This document shows positions 41,816 to 62,995 of a stretch of DNA of 64,000 bases, piece by piece. The DNA lies in contig CM022677.1 in NCBI GenBank assembly GCA_012295275.1, positions 22,754,001 to 22,818,000 on the forward strand, in the 5' to 3' direction. Position numbers and translations under genes: made by a program. A model generated the notes under the pieces. The model was not told the DNA's origin. It made no database searches and worked only from the letters and a program-made list of their open reading frames with translations. Positions within the stretch are counted from its first letter, which is position 1; the number at the start of each line of letters is the position of its first letter. This stretch comes from Chrysomallon squamiferum (Eukaryota > Animalia > Mollusca).

Positions 41816-42709
41816 AACGTCATGTAAAAGTAGGTCACGCGAACAATAGTCAGACAGTAGGTTTTCAATGTGGTTTTTAATCATTTAAAAAGAGCGCGCC
41901 TAAAGTCGTTAGCTGGCAAGTCGTTGAGTAAAAATAGAAAACGTATTCACTTTATTTGTTAGCTGGTCCTCAGATTTGAACCGGCGTCCGTTGACATTAT
42001 TTACTTAAACACTGTGATGCCTCTTATGTATGTGCAGTTTTTGTAAACAGAGTAACGTGCTTAACACTTTTTGATCAATAACAACAACACTAAACTGTCG
42101 TTGCTCCACGTGGAGAGAATGTTTTGATTTAACACGTGGCTGTCACGTGGTTTTGTAGCCATAGTTAGGCGTGTTGGACAGTTCGGCATATTATCATGTG
42201 AGCTCTACTTTTCTGGACTAAATGTTTCGCCTTACTTTCAGTAAAATCTAAGAAATCATCTGTTTTTAGATACATTTAAACAGAATTCTATTAAGAAAAA
42301 GCTTTAAAAATATATATTTATAATGTCTCGTTTCCTCCATCTTCTACTATTGTTATTGTTATTGTAAGGCCTATTTGGTTTTGTTTCATTCTTAAATACA
42401 TTTTCTAAATGGCAATTATGTTTAGATTTGAACTTTAACTTTGAAATAAAAACAACAATGTCGACAATCATCATCATCATCATTGCAATTTCAGAATACA
42501 TTTTTTCTAATTATATTTTAAAATGTGTTTAATTTATTTTTTATAATAATTTTCATTATTAATTTGTGTGTGTATATGTTTTATTATACTGATCTGCACT
42601 GAGGCACTGATATAGATGTTGCATAATCGTGACAGCATGCCTGCAGTTAGACTGGTGATTTTATTGCTGTTAAAATAGATTTAATAACATTTTCTGGGAG
42701 GGGGAGGGA

Positions 42710-42795
<86 letters not shown>

Positions 42796-43279
42796 ATAAA
42801 ATGTGATAATACATTGAAGTTTTTTTTAATTTAAATCTAAAAGTATACAAATATTCAATTTCTGATAATGAAATAAGCCTTAAATAAATAAAGAAAGAAA
42901 GAAAGAAAGAAAAAAAAAGGAAAACAGAAAAGAAATGTTATTTTACAATGAAATAAAGTTACAGTTCTTACATATTTTGGAATTAAAGAAAAGAAACTAT
43001 TTTTAAAAATGGGCGGGGCTAATAAGGTTTAACTGAAACTAAATATTTTCGTTCTTTCTCTTTATGTTATTTGAATTTTTTATTTTTAAAATAATATTTA
43101 CATGAAAATAATTGCCATTTTATTCTGTTTTAGTATTTGTCTTTATAATCTCAATGAAATATTTACGATTAACTGCGAGTGACAAAAAAAATAAACGGAT
43201 ATTTAGTTTATGTTGTGTTGCAAAAAGAATTTATTCGTAGTACTTGTACAACATGGGAACCCACAGTTCGGCGATTTGC

Positions 43280-43420
43280 AATGCTGACGTTACCGCTAAC
43301 CTCAACGTTCATTGGCTGTTTTGAAGGCTCCTAATTAATATTAATATATCGCTTCGATGTCGACCAATGAAATAAAGCGCAATGCAGTATTGAGTAGATC
43401 GGCGCGCATCGAAGCCATTC
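43280..43420 (+). promoter_or_regulatory. probable ANP32 promoter
   Basis: CpG-enriched; CCAAT boxes in both orientations (cattgg ~43310, ccaat ~43364) and TGACGT CRE half-site upstream of the ATG at 43499. Confidence 0.45.
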
Positions 43421-43498
43421 TGTATTCTGTGTGCTGGTAGGGGACAGTTTTTGCGCTGTAACATTGATCAAACTACAACTATACCTTCAAAGTACGCA

Positions 43499-49836
<6,338 letters not shown>

Positions 49837-50577
49837 ACTTGGCAGGTCATGTGACTGTCAGAATGTGTGTTATGTTTGGCACCTCATTAAGCACACACCC
49901 CACTCCGAAACACAGGAACTTGCTATCAAAAATAATTACAGAATAGATCACGTTTTTTTTTTTTTTTTTTTTTTAAACAACAAAAAAAAAAAACATTTGT
50001 AAATCACTATTCATGCATTCCAGGCTTTTTCAGTTTAGTAAAATGTGGAAAATATCAAAATTACTTTAAATCAGTCTCAAGATAAATGTTTGAGATGACA
50101 GTTGTACATTTTTTAAAGTTGAGAAGGAATATATTTTTTAAAAATGAATTTATTTGTTAAATATTTCAGGTTTTGACATGAAATGTACAAAATTTCAAAC
50201 CTTTTTCAGTGAAGCTTTCCCATTTGCAGGATTTATAATTTTTTCTTTTTTTTTTAAATATATATTTTATGAAGTTTATTGTAAAATAGGGTTTGAAATT
50301 ATTCTTGTTTCAATTATTTTTGTCATGTGACATACTCCGTTGAGCAAGTTTCTGTCAAGGGCAGATAACCTGTTTGTACACGTTGTGTATGAGGGAGGGG
50401 TCAGACGTGTGGGGGACAAGGATTTGGAAAACATGAAAATGTGTGACATTCCGATGCCAGTAACTGAGGATTTTTTTGTTTGTCTCTGTGGATATTTCAC
50501 AAACAGTAGCATTTTAATTTGCAGATCATTTGCAAGGGTTTGCGCCGTTTGTTGCATATATTTGTATTTCATTCAAC

Positions 50578-50612
<35 letters not shown>

Positions 50613-50844
50613 TGATGTTTTTAACCTACAAAAGTGGTGTAAATATGTGTATCCATGGTAACATTTGACAGGATGTTATTTCATGAGTTGAACGACCTCA
50701 TTGTTACATTTTCAATCAGCTGTTAAAAAAAAAAAAAAAAAAATGATATGAAAATTATCATCAATGAACTACAAGAAGACATTTTAAAAAGATAAAAAGT
50801 TATAAAAATACTAACTACCAGAGTGTTATTGGGTGTGCACAATA

Positions 50845-50883
<39 letters not shown>

Positions 50884-53461
50884 TTACTTTTAAATCACGT
50901 TTCTACAAGATGTTTATTTAAAATAATCGTTGCCTTTTTTTCATCCAACATTTTTATCATTTGGGTTATGAATGATGTAAATTTGTGTGCCTATTTGTGC
51001 TTGGTTAAAATGAGAAATTATTTTTAAACTTATAAAAATTCCAATTAATTGATAAATCTTTTTAATTCTATTTTGATATTTTTCATTAGGTTGTATGTAA
51101 CTACAACAGTAAAACAAATTGAATCATTTAAAATATTTAAAGAAATAAAAAATCAGTGAAGATATTTTTAGATTTAGTTAATTTGTATATAATGTGTTAA
51201 AACCAATGATCATTAGTAGAAGATTGTTTTTATCTTTTCAAAACTTGTTATAAAATTAAATCCTGCCTATTAAAACTTTAAATTGTAAAAAGTTAATATT
51301 TATAATAAAATTCATTTAAAACATTTTTTCCAGTATCATCATCATGCGATTTTCAACACATCAGAATTAATAGTATCATTAAACTTTTCTCCTCCCCCCT
51401 CCCCCTCCCACTGTTGGTATAGGACTTTAATTCATACATCATGAACATTTATTTATGCGAGTGTTAGAGGGGGTGGGGGGATGTAAATGACGTAGTTAGT
51501 GCTTTGTTACTCTCCTCTCGAGATCTGTTGCCTCATCCTCGCGTTACTCATATTTCACATTCAAAACTTTTTTTAAAAGCAACAAAACGATCTCGAGTAA
51601 GGGGAGACGACTCGTGGTCAATGTAGGCGCAAAAATCTTTGCTCTTGTTTGTTGCAATAAATTTTTATAGAAAGTCTGTTTGTCTTTGTTTTTTATTTGC
51701 AAGAAGAATTTAAAGAAAGTATTTGTGATTCGGAAGGGGTTTTTTTTGGGGGGGGGGTTATTTTTTTATTGGAAAATGATTTTATGATTTGTCAATTTTA
51801 ATTTGTTTTTTTATTGAAAGAAATTCCTGTTTATTTGTAATTTTGTGGTAATGAGATGTGTAAATGAAGTCTTGTTGAAACTTGAATATAGAAACCAAAA
51901 ATTTGTAAAACAGAACATTCGCTGTGGTGAATTGGTGAAATAAATGAAAGAATCCACAGACCCATGACTGATGAAATTTCATAAAATAATTTTTAAAAGT
52001 ATTTTTTTTTTTTTTTTTTCTTACTGTAATTGAAGTTTTGTGTATATAGAATTTTGACTGAAACTAACATGTTTGAGTCAGAATGTTGGTAAGCTGTATA
52101 ATCTTGTGGAGATCAACTGGTATTAAAATTATTTAGTATTCTTCACAAACTTAAAGAACTCGCGATACAGGATAATTTATCCGGTTTCCAGAAAGGTGGA
52201 AGACCGAGAAAACTAGGTTCATTTTTAGTTTCCGTGATGTCACTTTAATGATACTATTAATTCTGTTTGTTACTGTGTACAGTAAGTTATTTATCATGTC
52301 TGAAGGACCAGCAGACAAAGCCGTACTTCAGGGAAAAGCGTATTCTATACAGGTATTTTAACAAGCGCAAGAGAAATAGTGTCAATCACACCCTGCTTCA
52401 GAAATGTTTTAATGTGCGTCATTCTTTATTCATTGTTTACTTCATTTTAAGTAAAGATTGAAACACGAGAAATAGTTCGGTTCCTGAAATTCAGCCACGT
52501 GATAAATTTGACAGATGAGCTGGGAACTGAATTATTGAATTATACCTGGTGTTGAAATAATCATTAAATATTCTTCAAATCCCCATATGAAACGAAAAAA
52601 AAAAAAGAAAAAAGTAATACTAATAAATAAATTAATTAACTGAAATTGAAGCAGAAATTAAACCAGGTGTCAGTTTGACAGCGACAGCTTTAAACAAATC
52701 ATTTTTCAAAATAAATTTTATGTTAAACTTGCTATTAACATAATTATTTAATATTCTTCAAACCTTCACGTTGTAAGGAGTACCGATATAGGATCTATAT
52801 CTGTCTATGTATGTAACTTCATATCACGTTTTTGTAGACTAAAATACAACAAACACAAAACTATTCGCGCTTAACATTCAGTATAGTAGTAAAGAATAGC
52901 AGATGAATAGAAATATTCTAATCTCTCAGGGATTAACACAGTCAGAACCAGCCACTCAGTGCGTTCAGTGGACTCGACCGATCCACGGGAGTCGTTCTCC
53001 AAACAAACAAAAATCTGCGGGCTTTTATGTAGAAACAAAATGGACTTATATTGGACTTATTATTTGGCGCCGTTATGAAACTTGCCACTAGACGTCTGTC
53101 ACCAGATCGTTCTGCGAATCAAAAGCAGGTAACACCGATCACTCCCGAGGTGATAATTAACCCCGCAATTCCTCGTGTTTTTGTTGATTCGGCAGACGGA
53201 AAACAAATAACGCAGCAGTAAATTAACCACGTGAGTGACGTTACAGACGAGAGCTGGACATCTCCAAACCAAACATCCCCTCGAGGTCTTGATGGTGAAA
53301 CACTTGTTGGAGAAAGATTATTAAAACTATTATTTTTTAAACTTGAAAAGCCGTCATGCGGGTAACAGATAATCCGGATCACCTGCATGATAATCTAATT
53401 GGTCCACATATACGTAACAACAGTGTTATTACTGGACAACGATATTATTCACAACTCTCTC

Positions 53462-53589
<128 letters not shown>

Positions 53590-54527
53590 GACATGTGAAA
53601 TGAAATCACGCGCTCAAACGTGGAAAAATGCTCCAACCCAAAATTTTGTAGCAATTTCGAATAGAAGACGTTAGCCCCCACCAGTCCAAAACTGCTCATT
53701 TAATTTATTTTGGGGAGGGTTTGTGCTGCCGTATTTTTTATGTATGGGGAGGGGGGTGCTATTGTTCGGCGGTTATGTCTTCATCCCGGTATTTCAATTT
53801 TTTTACAAAGTGCTAGACGTTTTATAAATGACTTAGTCAATGAACGTGGAGACTTATAAAGAATTTGAAAAAAAAAATAATATGTAATTTAACTTACATG
53901 GAAACTTTTTAACATATAACGAAATTAGTAGAAAAATCAAACGTACATAAAAACATTTCCTTGTTTGCACGTTTTACTGAGACAAGGGATATTTTAAATA
54001 AATTATAATTGTTGAGTTTGTTACTGTTCTTGTTACGATAAAACTCACGGATGTCTGTGTGTCTATATGTGTGCGTGTGTCTGTGTCTGTGTGTGTGTGT
54101 TTGAATGTTATTTGCACTGTAAACTATTTTAGAATGATGACGTCACATTATTTATTTTTAGCATTGCAAACATATCTCGCTTGTTATAGGTTATTAAGTG
54201 TTACAAAACTGAAATCAAAATGAGAAAAAACAAAAAATCAAATAAATCAACAAAACAAAACAAAAATATATCGTTTTGTTCATCATACTAAAAACACTGA
54301 ATTCACAGTTCCGGCCCTGTTCGCCTCCTCTGTGACTATTGTGAACCAGTCCCTCGTTCGAACTAACTTGAACATATACAACAGAGAAAAATAGAAACCT
54401 GATATCTGACACCCGCTTTTAAAACACGTGTTTATAGATTTGAAGTCAGTTATCCAGTTTAGTATCATATTTAGTATCTAGTCACGTTTTTTGGAATATC
54501 AGTTATTCATTGGACAACAACAACAAC

Positions 54528-54570
<43 letters not shown>

Positions 54571-54619
54571 TCTTTATATTTCGTTGAATATGCTTAAATT
54601 ATAAAATCCATTACACTAT

Positions 54620-54930
54620 TTTATGAGTCCTCAAAAGCCTCTTTTTCTTCTGCTCCGAAAAAGTGGCTAGAAACTATTTAACTTCACACACAATTAAACC
54701 ATAAGAACAAAAATTAACAGAGCGTATAAATCATGATTGTTTTTATAACACTAAACACAGGGAGCAGTATCATGTTATTCCATTTAAAAGTGTAGAAAAT
54801 TAACTCTGTTTCAGTACAGAATTTGGCAAAGAATTTTAACTACTAATACAGTCTTACATAAACTTAATTTGTGTAATAGTAATACTTGCAGTTTTTGTAA
54901 TAATACACCTAAAACAATACTGTTTACTAA
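54620..54930 (+). mobile_element. L1/Tx1-type LINE ORF2 C-terminal (zf-RVT) fragment
   Basis: From 54809: FQYRIWQRILTTNTVLHKLNLCNSNTCSFCNNTPKTIL, the F-Q-x-R-I-L-x-T-N...C-x-F-C...ETI pattern of zf-RVT; upstream KKW...IPF remnants with stops. Confidence 0.75.
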
Positions 54931-55839
54931 AGAGTTCATATTAATGGCTTTTATACACTTTAAAAAAGGAAAAACAAACACAGTAAATATATCTTTTACA
55001 CTAAATATAATCATTAAAACCCAAAATATGAGTATGTCATTAAAACACGTGATTATCATCAGTGGATGAGTAACAACAAACAACGTAAATTAAGAAGAGA
55101 AAGAAAGAAAATATAAAATTATGATTTTTATAAATTTTTGGTGGTGCGGATGTGTAATCGGCGTTGCTAGGGGAGCCGGGTAAATATTTCAAATTCGACT
55201 TTTTTTTTTACAAAATACACAAATAAACTGACAAGGGAGATAATAAAGTCACTGTCTATCAAGTTCGCGGGAAAATTTACGACATTGATTCCGTTAAAGC
55301 ACATAAGCGAAAATTTCATACAGTCCACATTATTATTATTATTATTATTTATTATTATTATTATTATTATTGCAAATCCGCGGAAGAATCTCGACGCATG
55401 CGTGGTTGAAAAGTTATCGAATGTTGTGCTTCTTGCGGGATTTGTGAATAACCTCACTGTACTATCGCTGTTATGTTTGTAAGATGACAAATTTCTCCTA
55501 GACCTCATTTCTTAGATTATCATGCAGATAATCTGGATTATCCATTTACCTCATTACGTCTTTAATCCAGTGTTTGGATTAACGTCAATACGCTTGTTAT
55601 CACGTTACGTTTTAGTTGATGTACAAGCCGAACGTACCAGCAAGTGTAAAGGAAAATGTCATGGAAACGTCACTGTCAAGTAGTAAACGTGTTGTTACGT
55701 GATCAAGATTTTTTTTACATTTTAGTGAGCCTTAGCAGAGCCTCCTCTATTCTCCAGATTTGAACATTTGATTACGAGTGTGGCGATAAAACACATCAAT
55801 GGTATCAAAATACGAGTATGCCATTAAAACACATGATTA

Positions 55840-56565
55840 CTATGAAAACACGTCAAAAAACATGTGAATGTTATGAAAACACGTAAATGTTACGAAAACA
55901 TGTCAATGTTATGAAAACACGTGAATCTTATGAAACCATTTAAATGTTATGAAAACACGTGAACGTTATGAAATCACGTGAATGTTATGAAAACATGTGA
56001 ACGTTATGAAATCACGTGAATGTTATGAAAACACATGAACGTTATGAAAATATGTGAATCTTATGAAAATATTTTAAAAACAACGTGTTAATGTTAAAAC
56101 ACACGTGAATGTTATGAAATCACGTGAAAATTATGAAAACACATGAAAATAAGAAAACCATTTAAATGAAAACATGAATGTTATGAAATCACGTGAACGT
56201 TAAGAAAACATGTGAACATTATGAAAACATGTGAATGTTATGAAAACACGTGAATGTTAAGAAAACTAGTGTGTAACATAAAAACACATCTATTCTGTCC
56301 GGAAATCACATGTATGCTATTATAACATGTATATTACCACGGAAACGCGTGCATGCTATTGTTGATACAACGACTTTATTTTCATACACTGTACAGAGAA
56401 AAAATATAATAAAGATTTATAGAGCAAAATAAAAATGCGTGAAAATTTAACAAGGAAGACAAGCACTTGTTATTAACAAACATATATATTTTTTTTTTTT
56501 TTTTTTTTGAAATATTTTGGCTTTATTAAATACATTTTTATGTGAAAGTATTTTTTGAAGTCTGC
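55840..56565 (+). repeat. dispersed/duplicated element copy 1 (19-20 bp CACGTG array + unique body + poly-T)
   Basis: Near-identical to 63500-64000: atgaaaacacgtgaatgtt units, then ctgtccggaaatcacatgtatgc...tattttggctttattaaatac. Confidence 0.85.
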
Positions 56566-56592
56566 TGAATGTAGTCAGTATATATACAAAGA

Positions 56593-58360
56593 CTGAAATG
56601 TAAGTGTACAAAGTGTTTAAAACTAAATGTAAGTGTACAAAGCGTTTAAAACTAAATGTAAGTGTACAAAGCGTTTAAAACTAAATGTAAGTGTAAAAAG
56701 CGTTTAAAACTAAATGTAAGTGTACAAAGTGTTTAAAACTAAATGTAAGTGTACAATGTGTTTAAAACTAAATGTAAGTGTACAAGGTGTCTTCCCATCT
56801 GGTAGAATTCCCAGTTCGTATAATTCCCATTTCGTAGAAAAAACTCTTCTACCGCAATACCTGATTACCTCTGTATATAATGAACTTGGCCTGTACATAC
56901 ATCTGGTTTCTTTCTAACATTCAGAAGCGGAGCGCATTGTTCCTAAATCAATTATGTAACAGCAACATCACTACTCATTTTTTACTTTTTCATTATTATC
57001 ATCATTATCTACCTCCTCCTCATTATTATCATCATAATCATATTTGCATACTTTATGCGATAAGCGATATCCATACTACAACAATACCTCAGATTAAAAA
57101 TGTAATTGGTTCCAAATTTCCGATAGTTAAGTGAGGTATCGTTTACCGGGAGACTAATTTACACAGAATTAAGGTTAAGAGCAGTGGTTACTTTCTCGCT
57201 GATGAAATTTGACGTAAAAAAGAGGTGAAATAAGGAGAAATAAAACGGCAGTTTAGACATAAATGATTTAATAGATTATAGATATTAAATAAACAGTAAA
57301 TCATTACAAATCAATTTATACAAATACATTAAGAAATAATTATATGCCGCTTATTGTGGGTTCGTTTTTGTGGGTTTTGGTTTCATTTAAGATAATGTAT
57401 TTTGTTTCTAAAGTTATTGTCTTCTGTTTCTTTTTATCATCAGCATTTGCCAGTATACTGTTATTCGTTTTGAGATATTGGAAGGGTAAATTACAAACGA
57501 GTTTAAGTCTAAATCGAAGCAGAAGAGAAAAGAGAATCAGAATATCAGATGCACGTATGACGTGTCAACTGATCAACACAGCTGAGAGAAGCTCGTGAAT
57601 GAACGAAAAATTAAAGAAAACGGACTTAAAAACATGCATTGTATACATTTGTATCATTTATTTCGAACAATTAAAGATTAAATTTCTATTTATATAATTT
57701 GTAAAGAAAAAAATCGTTATCGTTAAGCGAGATATTACTGTATTTATGCAATAATAATCGCTTTCCCAATAATCTGGAACAGTTCATTATAATGACTTTC
57801 GACGAACTGGGAATTCTACCAGATGGGAGTACAAAGTGTTACAAACTAAATGTAAGTGTACAAAGTGTTTAAACTAAATGTAAGTGTACAAAGTGTTTAA
57901 AACTAAATGTAAGTGTACAAAGTGTAAAACTAAGTGTAAGTGTACAAAGTGTTTAAAACTAAATGTAAGTGTACAAAGTGTTTAAAACTAATTGTAAGTG
58001 TACAAAGTGTTTAAAACTAAATGTAAGTGTACAAAGTGTTACAAACTAAATGTAAGTGTACAAAATGTTTAAACTAAGTGTAAGTGTACAAAGTGTTTAA
58101 ACCTAAATGTAAGTGTACAAAGTGTTTAAAACTGAATATAGACATAAGATATACAGCGACTGAAATGTAAGTGTACAAAGTGTTTAAAACTAAATGTAAG
58201 TGTACAAAGTGTTTAAACTAAATGTAAGTGTACAAAGTGTTTAAAACTAAATGTAAGTGTACAAAGTGTTTAAAACTAAATGTAAGTGTACAAAGTGTTT
58301 AAAACTAAATGTAAGTGTACAAAGTGTTTAAAACTAAATGTCAGTGTACAAAGTGTTTAA
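56593..58360. repeat. 29-bp minisatellite interrupted by a TIR element
   Basis: aaaactaaatgtaagtgtacaaagtgttt at 56593-56790 and 57830-58360. Confidence 0.95.
56792..57829. mobile_element. non-autonomous DNA transposon (MITE-like), ~1.04 kb
   Basis: Perfect 27-bp terminal inverted repeats tcccatctggtagaattcccagttcgt (56793-56819) and acgaactgggaattctaccagatggga (57802-57828); no transposase ORF; splits a tandem array. Confidence 0.88.
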
Positions 58361-59394
58361 TATGTCAAGTATGTATGTGTGAATTGCTTTATGTTTTTAT
58401 TACCCATTGACAAACTTAAACTTTATTTATTTTCCTCTCACGCGATCAAGTTCACTTTGTTTAAACGCGTGGATGTTTTCTTAGCAAGGAAAAATCCGAG
58501 ATGTTAAAATTAGAGGATGAACATTTTTATACAACATAATTAGAATAATTATTATCTCACTGATTTCGTAGTAATTTGTTGACAGTATATTTTTATTGGA
58601 ATATTTAAAATATTAAATACAAAAGAAGAAAGAAACATATCTCCACGCCAGGAGCGGAAACCCCCAAAAATAAAAAAAAAATAAAAATAAAAATAAAAAT
58701 AAAAAATAAAATAAAATAAAAATAAAAATAAAAAATACAATAAAAAGACAGCAGATGACGCAATACACTGCAAGCTGAAGACTTGATTTTTTAAAACAGT
58801 AGCAGGAACAAAATAAAACGTCGAGAATTAAAGATAAATTAAAAACCAAACAAACAAAAGACCTGGTTTGTTTGTGTATATTTGCTTCTGTTGTATTTGT
58901 GTATATTTACTTCTATTGTGTTTGACGAATGTGCCTTCTTGTCAGTTACGTGTTTTATTTGTGCAGTGTAAGTCAGATGTCTTTCAGTTATGATTACAGA
59001 GTAAAGACATTTCAGTTAAATTATTTCTTTATATGTGCTAGGGTGTGGGTGTTTGTACTTGTGAATGTTTTTGTGTGTTTGCTTGTTTGTTCATGTGTTG
59101 CAGCATTGGATAACTAGTCGAATGTCCTGCAATGTAGTTTTGAGACAGCCTGTAAATGAACTCCAGTGATCAATCGTTTCTTCACAGTAAATAGTTTTGA
59201 GTTACAACCTGTAAATGAACTCCAGTGCATCAACTGATTAATTGTTTCTTCACAATATGTAGTTTTCAAATATCTATTTTTTCCTGTCTGAACATGTTTT
59301 TGCTTAAATCAGTCAATAAAACATGTTATTTGTGTTTTTGTGTCACCTGTCAAAACCTTAAATAACGAAAATATGCTGAAACTACGCACATATC

Positions 59395-60795
59395 TTCATT
59401 CATCTAACGTGGTTTAACTTATTTTAAATACTACACTTGTTTGATTCATCTAACGTGGTTTAACTTATTTTAAATACTACACTTGTTTGATTCATCTAAC
59501 GTGGTTTAACTTATTTTAAATACTACACTTGTTTGATTCATCTAACGTGGTTTAACTTATTTTAAATACTACACTTTTTTCATTCATCTAACGTGGTTTA
59601 ACTTATTTTAAATACTACACTTGTTTGATTCATCTAACGTGGTTTAACTTATTTTAAATACTACACTTGTTTGATTCATCTAACGTGGTTTAACTTATTT
59701 TAAATACTACACTTGTTTGATTCATCTAACGTGGTTTAACTTATTTTAAATACTACACTTGTTTGATTCATCTAACGTGGTTTAACTTATTTTAAATACT
59801 ACACTTGTTTGATTCATCTAACGTGGTTTAACTTATTTTAAATACTACACTTGTTTGATTCATCTAACGTGGTTTAACTTATTTTAAATACTACACTTGT
59901 TTGATTCATCTAACGTGGTTTAACTTATTTTAAATACTACACTTGTTTGATTCATCTAACGTGTTTAATTCAAATCTAACTTGTTTGGTTCATCTAACGT
60001 ATTTTAAATACTACACTTGTTTGATTCATCTAACGTGGTTTAACTTATTTTAAATACTACACTTCTTTTCATTCATCTAACGTGGTTTAACTTATTTTAA
60101 ATACTACACTTGTTTGATTCATCTAATGTGGTTTAACTTATTTTAAATACTACACTTGTTTGATTCATCTAACGTGGTTTAACTTATTTTAAATACTACA
60201 CTTGTTTGATTCATCTAACGTGGTTTAACTTATTTTAAATACTACACTTCTTTTCATTCATCTAATGTGGTTTAACTTATTTTAAATACTACACTTCTTT
60301 TCATTCATCTAATGTGGTTTAACTTATTTTAAATACTACACTTCTTTTCATTCATCTAATGTGGTTTAACTTATTTTAAATACTTCACTTCTTTTCATTC
60401 ATCTAATGTGGTTTAACTTATTTTAAATACTACACTTGTTTGATTCATCTAACGTGGTTTAACTTATTTTAAATACTTCACTTCTTTTCATTCATCTAAT
60501 GTGGTTTAATTTATTTTAAATACTACACTTGTTTGATTCATCTAACGTGGTTTAACTTATTTTAAATATTTCACTTCTTTTCATTCATCTAACGTGGTTT
60601 AACTTATTTTAAATACTACACTTGTTTGATTCATCTAATGTGGTTTATCTTATTTTAAATACTTCACTTCTTTTCATTCATCTAACGTGGTTTAACTTAT
60701 TTTATATACAACACTTCTTTTCATTCATCTAATGTGGTTTAACTTATTTTATATACAACACTTCTTTTCATTCATCTAATGTGGTTTATCTTATT
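59395..60795. repeat. 46-bp minisatellite, ~30 copies
   Basis: ttcatctaacgtggtttaacttattttaaatactacacttgtttga. Confidence 0.97.
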
Positions 60796-62599
60796 TTATA
60801 TTTGTTGCTACATATGTATTCGTGTCTTTGTGTTTGCGTTTGTGTTTTTGCATGTTTATATCTGTTTATTTGTTTGCGTTTGCGCATGTATGTATATTTG
60901 CTTGAATGGTTTTTTGTATTTGCATGTATATGTTTCTATATATACGTGTGTGTGTGTGCGTGTGAGAATGCGCGCGCTCCTGTAAGATTGCTTGAATTTG
61001 TGTATATATGCGTATATGTTTCTGTGTATATGTATTTGTATTTGCGTGTGTGTGTATCTTTGTTTGAATGTGCTTGTATTTGTGTGATTGTGTATTTATT
61101 TTTGTATGTGTATGTAAAAGCTAGCGCGTATGTGTATGTAAAAGCTAGCGTATGTGTATGTGCATATGTTTTTGTATGTGTGTGGTGTTTGTGTGTGTGT
61201 ATGTGTGTGTGTATGTGTGTGGTGTTTGTGTGTGTGTATGTGTATGTGTGTGGTGTTTGTGTGTGTGTTTGTGTATGTGTATGTGTGTGGTGTTTGTGTG
61301 TGTGTATGTGTATGTGTGTGGTGTTTGTGTGTGTGTATGTGTATGTGTGTGTGTGTTTGTGTGTGTGTATGTGTATGTGTGTGTTTGTGTGTGTGTGTAT
61401 GTGTGTTTGAGAAATGAAGAAATGTCTTTTGTTTTGTTAAAGTCATTCACCTGGGTCAGGATGACCGCGGTCCAGTGATTTCACGTGATTAATTAATCTT
61501 TTCAGTTCTCTTTAAACTAATCAATTCTCCTTCATCTCGTGTCCATTGTTTGCGATCACCATGGAAACGACAACAACATCAACTATGTCTACGGAGAAAT
61601 TATTGTTTTCTGGATCAGTGAACATAAAAAATCGGTAACAAGATCAATGCTGGAAACAAGAAAACAATAAAACGGGAACAGTATCTACTACTACCACATC
61701 AACAACTATTACCACCTCTACTATCACTACTACTATCACTACTACTACTACTACTACTACCCCTATTACTACTACTACTATTGCTATAACTTCTACTACT
61801 ACTATTACTACTACTGCTATTACAACTATTACAAGTATTACTACTACCCATGCTACTACTACAACCCTTTCTACTACTACTACTTGTACTATAACTACTA
61901 CTACTATACCACTATAATTAATAATGCTACTACTATCACTATTACTACTACGACTATCACTACTACTACTACTGCGACTATTACTACTACTGCTAGCACT
62001 ACTAATATTATAACTACTATTATTACAATTACTATTAGTGTTACTGCTACTACTGCTCATATTAAGAATACTAATTCTATGACTATGTCAAATACTATTG
62101 TTATGGTTGTATGTAAAAGTCAGATTGTCTTGCAAATTCTAATCTTCTTTTTTCATTGTTTGAAATTGCCAGAGAAATTTGCTTAATCTATTTACATTTA
62201 TTTACATTTGAATAACTGGACTATTGTAAATTATAATATTTAACACACGATTTTTTGAAATAATTTTCCCCATCTCTGTTCAGCACATTTACATTGTTAT
62301 TGAAACACATACTAGTGATAAAATGACATACTAATCTGTTTTGTCAACACTGAAGTTCACTTAGTTATCTCAAATTTATTACCTAGAAATAAACAAGCCT
62401 ATAATAAAATGTTCGTATCACGTCTACACGTAATTAAATTTTTCTTCACCACATCGGACGTTACATTAATTTGTTCATTCACTGAGTCACGAGCTCTTGT
62501 ACTGTTTAGCGTTTACCGTTACGTCGAGAATAAACGATTTAGAAAAAAAAAATAATAATAATAATCTTAAATGATTTTGTTTGCGTAACAGGTTAGTCT

Positions 62600-62945
62600 T
62601 TCTCTCCGGTGTCATGTTTAACAACGCCCTGTTCCAGAATGCACCAATAAAACAGGAGAAGATTTACAGCGCTCGAATTAAGTCGAGTAAAAGCCGAGCA
62701 GATGACCGTGAGTAATAATCGTGATTGGCTCGCAGACTCACAATGGCGGATATCGATCGCTCGATCGCTCGACATATGCAGACGAAGAACGCCATTGTTG
62801 TCATGACGATTGAAATGAGTTACATTATGAGCGTTAATTTTCGATTCTTCGTTGCAGAGTCCATCTGGCTGTGGTAAGAGAAACACTTGGAATTGCGTGA
62901 ACGAAATATGTGTGGAAGCCATTACTGCAGCGTTCAGACAGTGCG
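62600..62945 (+). promoter_or_regulatory. CpG-rich promoter-like region and probable first exon of a downstream gene
   Basis: CpG-enriched island, gattggc (reverse CCAAT) ~62731, aatggcgg, strong donor cg|gtgagt at 62946. Confidence 0.4.
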
Positions 62946-62964
62946 GTGAGTTACTGTAATTGTA

Positions 62965-62995
<31 letters not shown>

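Noticed and set aside
59395-60795. CRISPR-like regular repeat (also 3035-4083, 28880-29266)
   Set aside because: Head-to-tail units without unique spacers, no cas genes, eukaryotic context
60779-62186. Long hydrophobic or Ser/Thr-rich ORFs
   Set aside because: TG- and ACT-microsatellite translations
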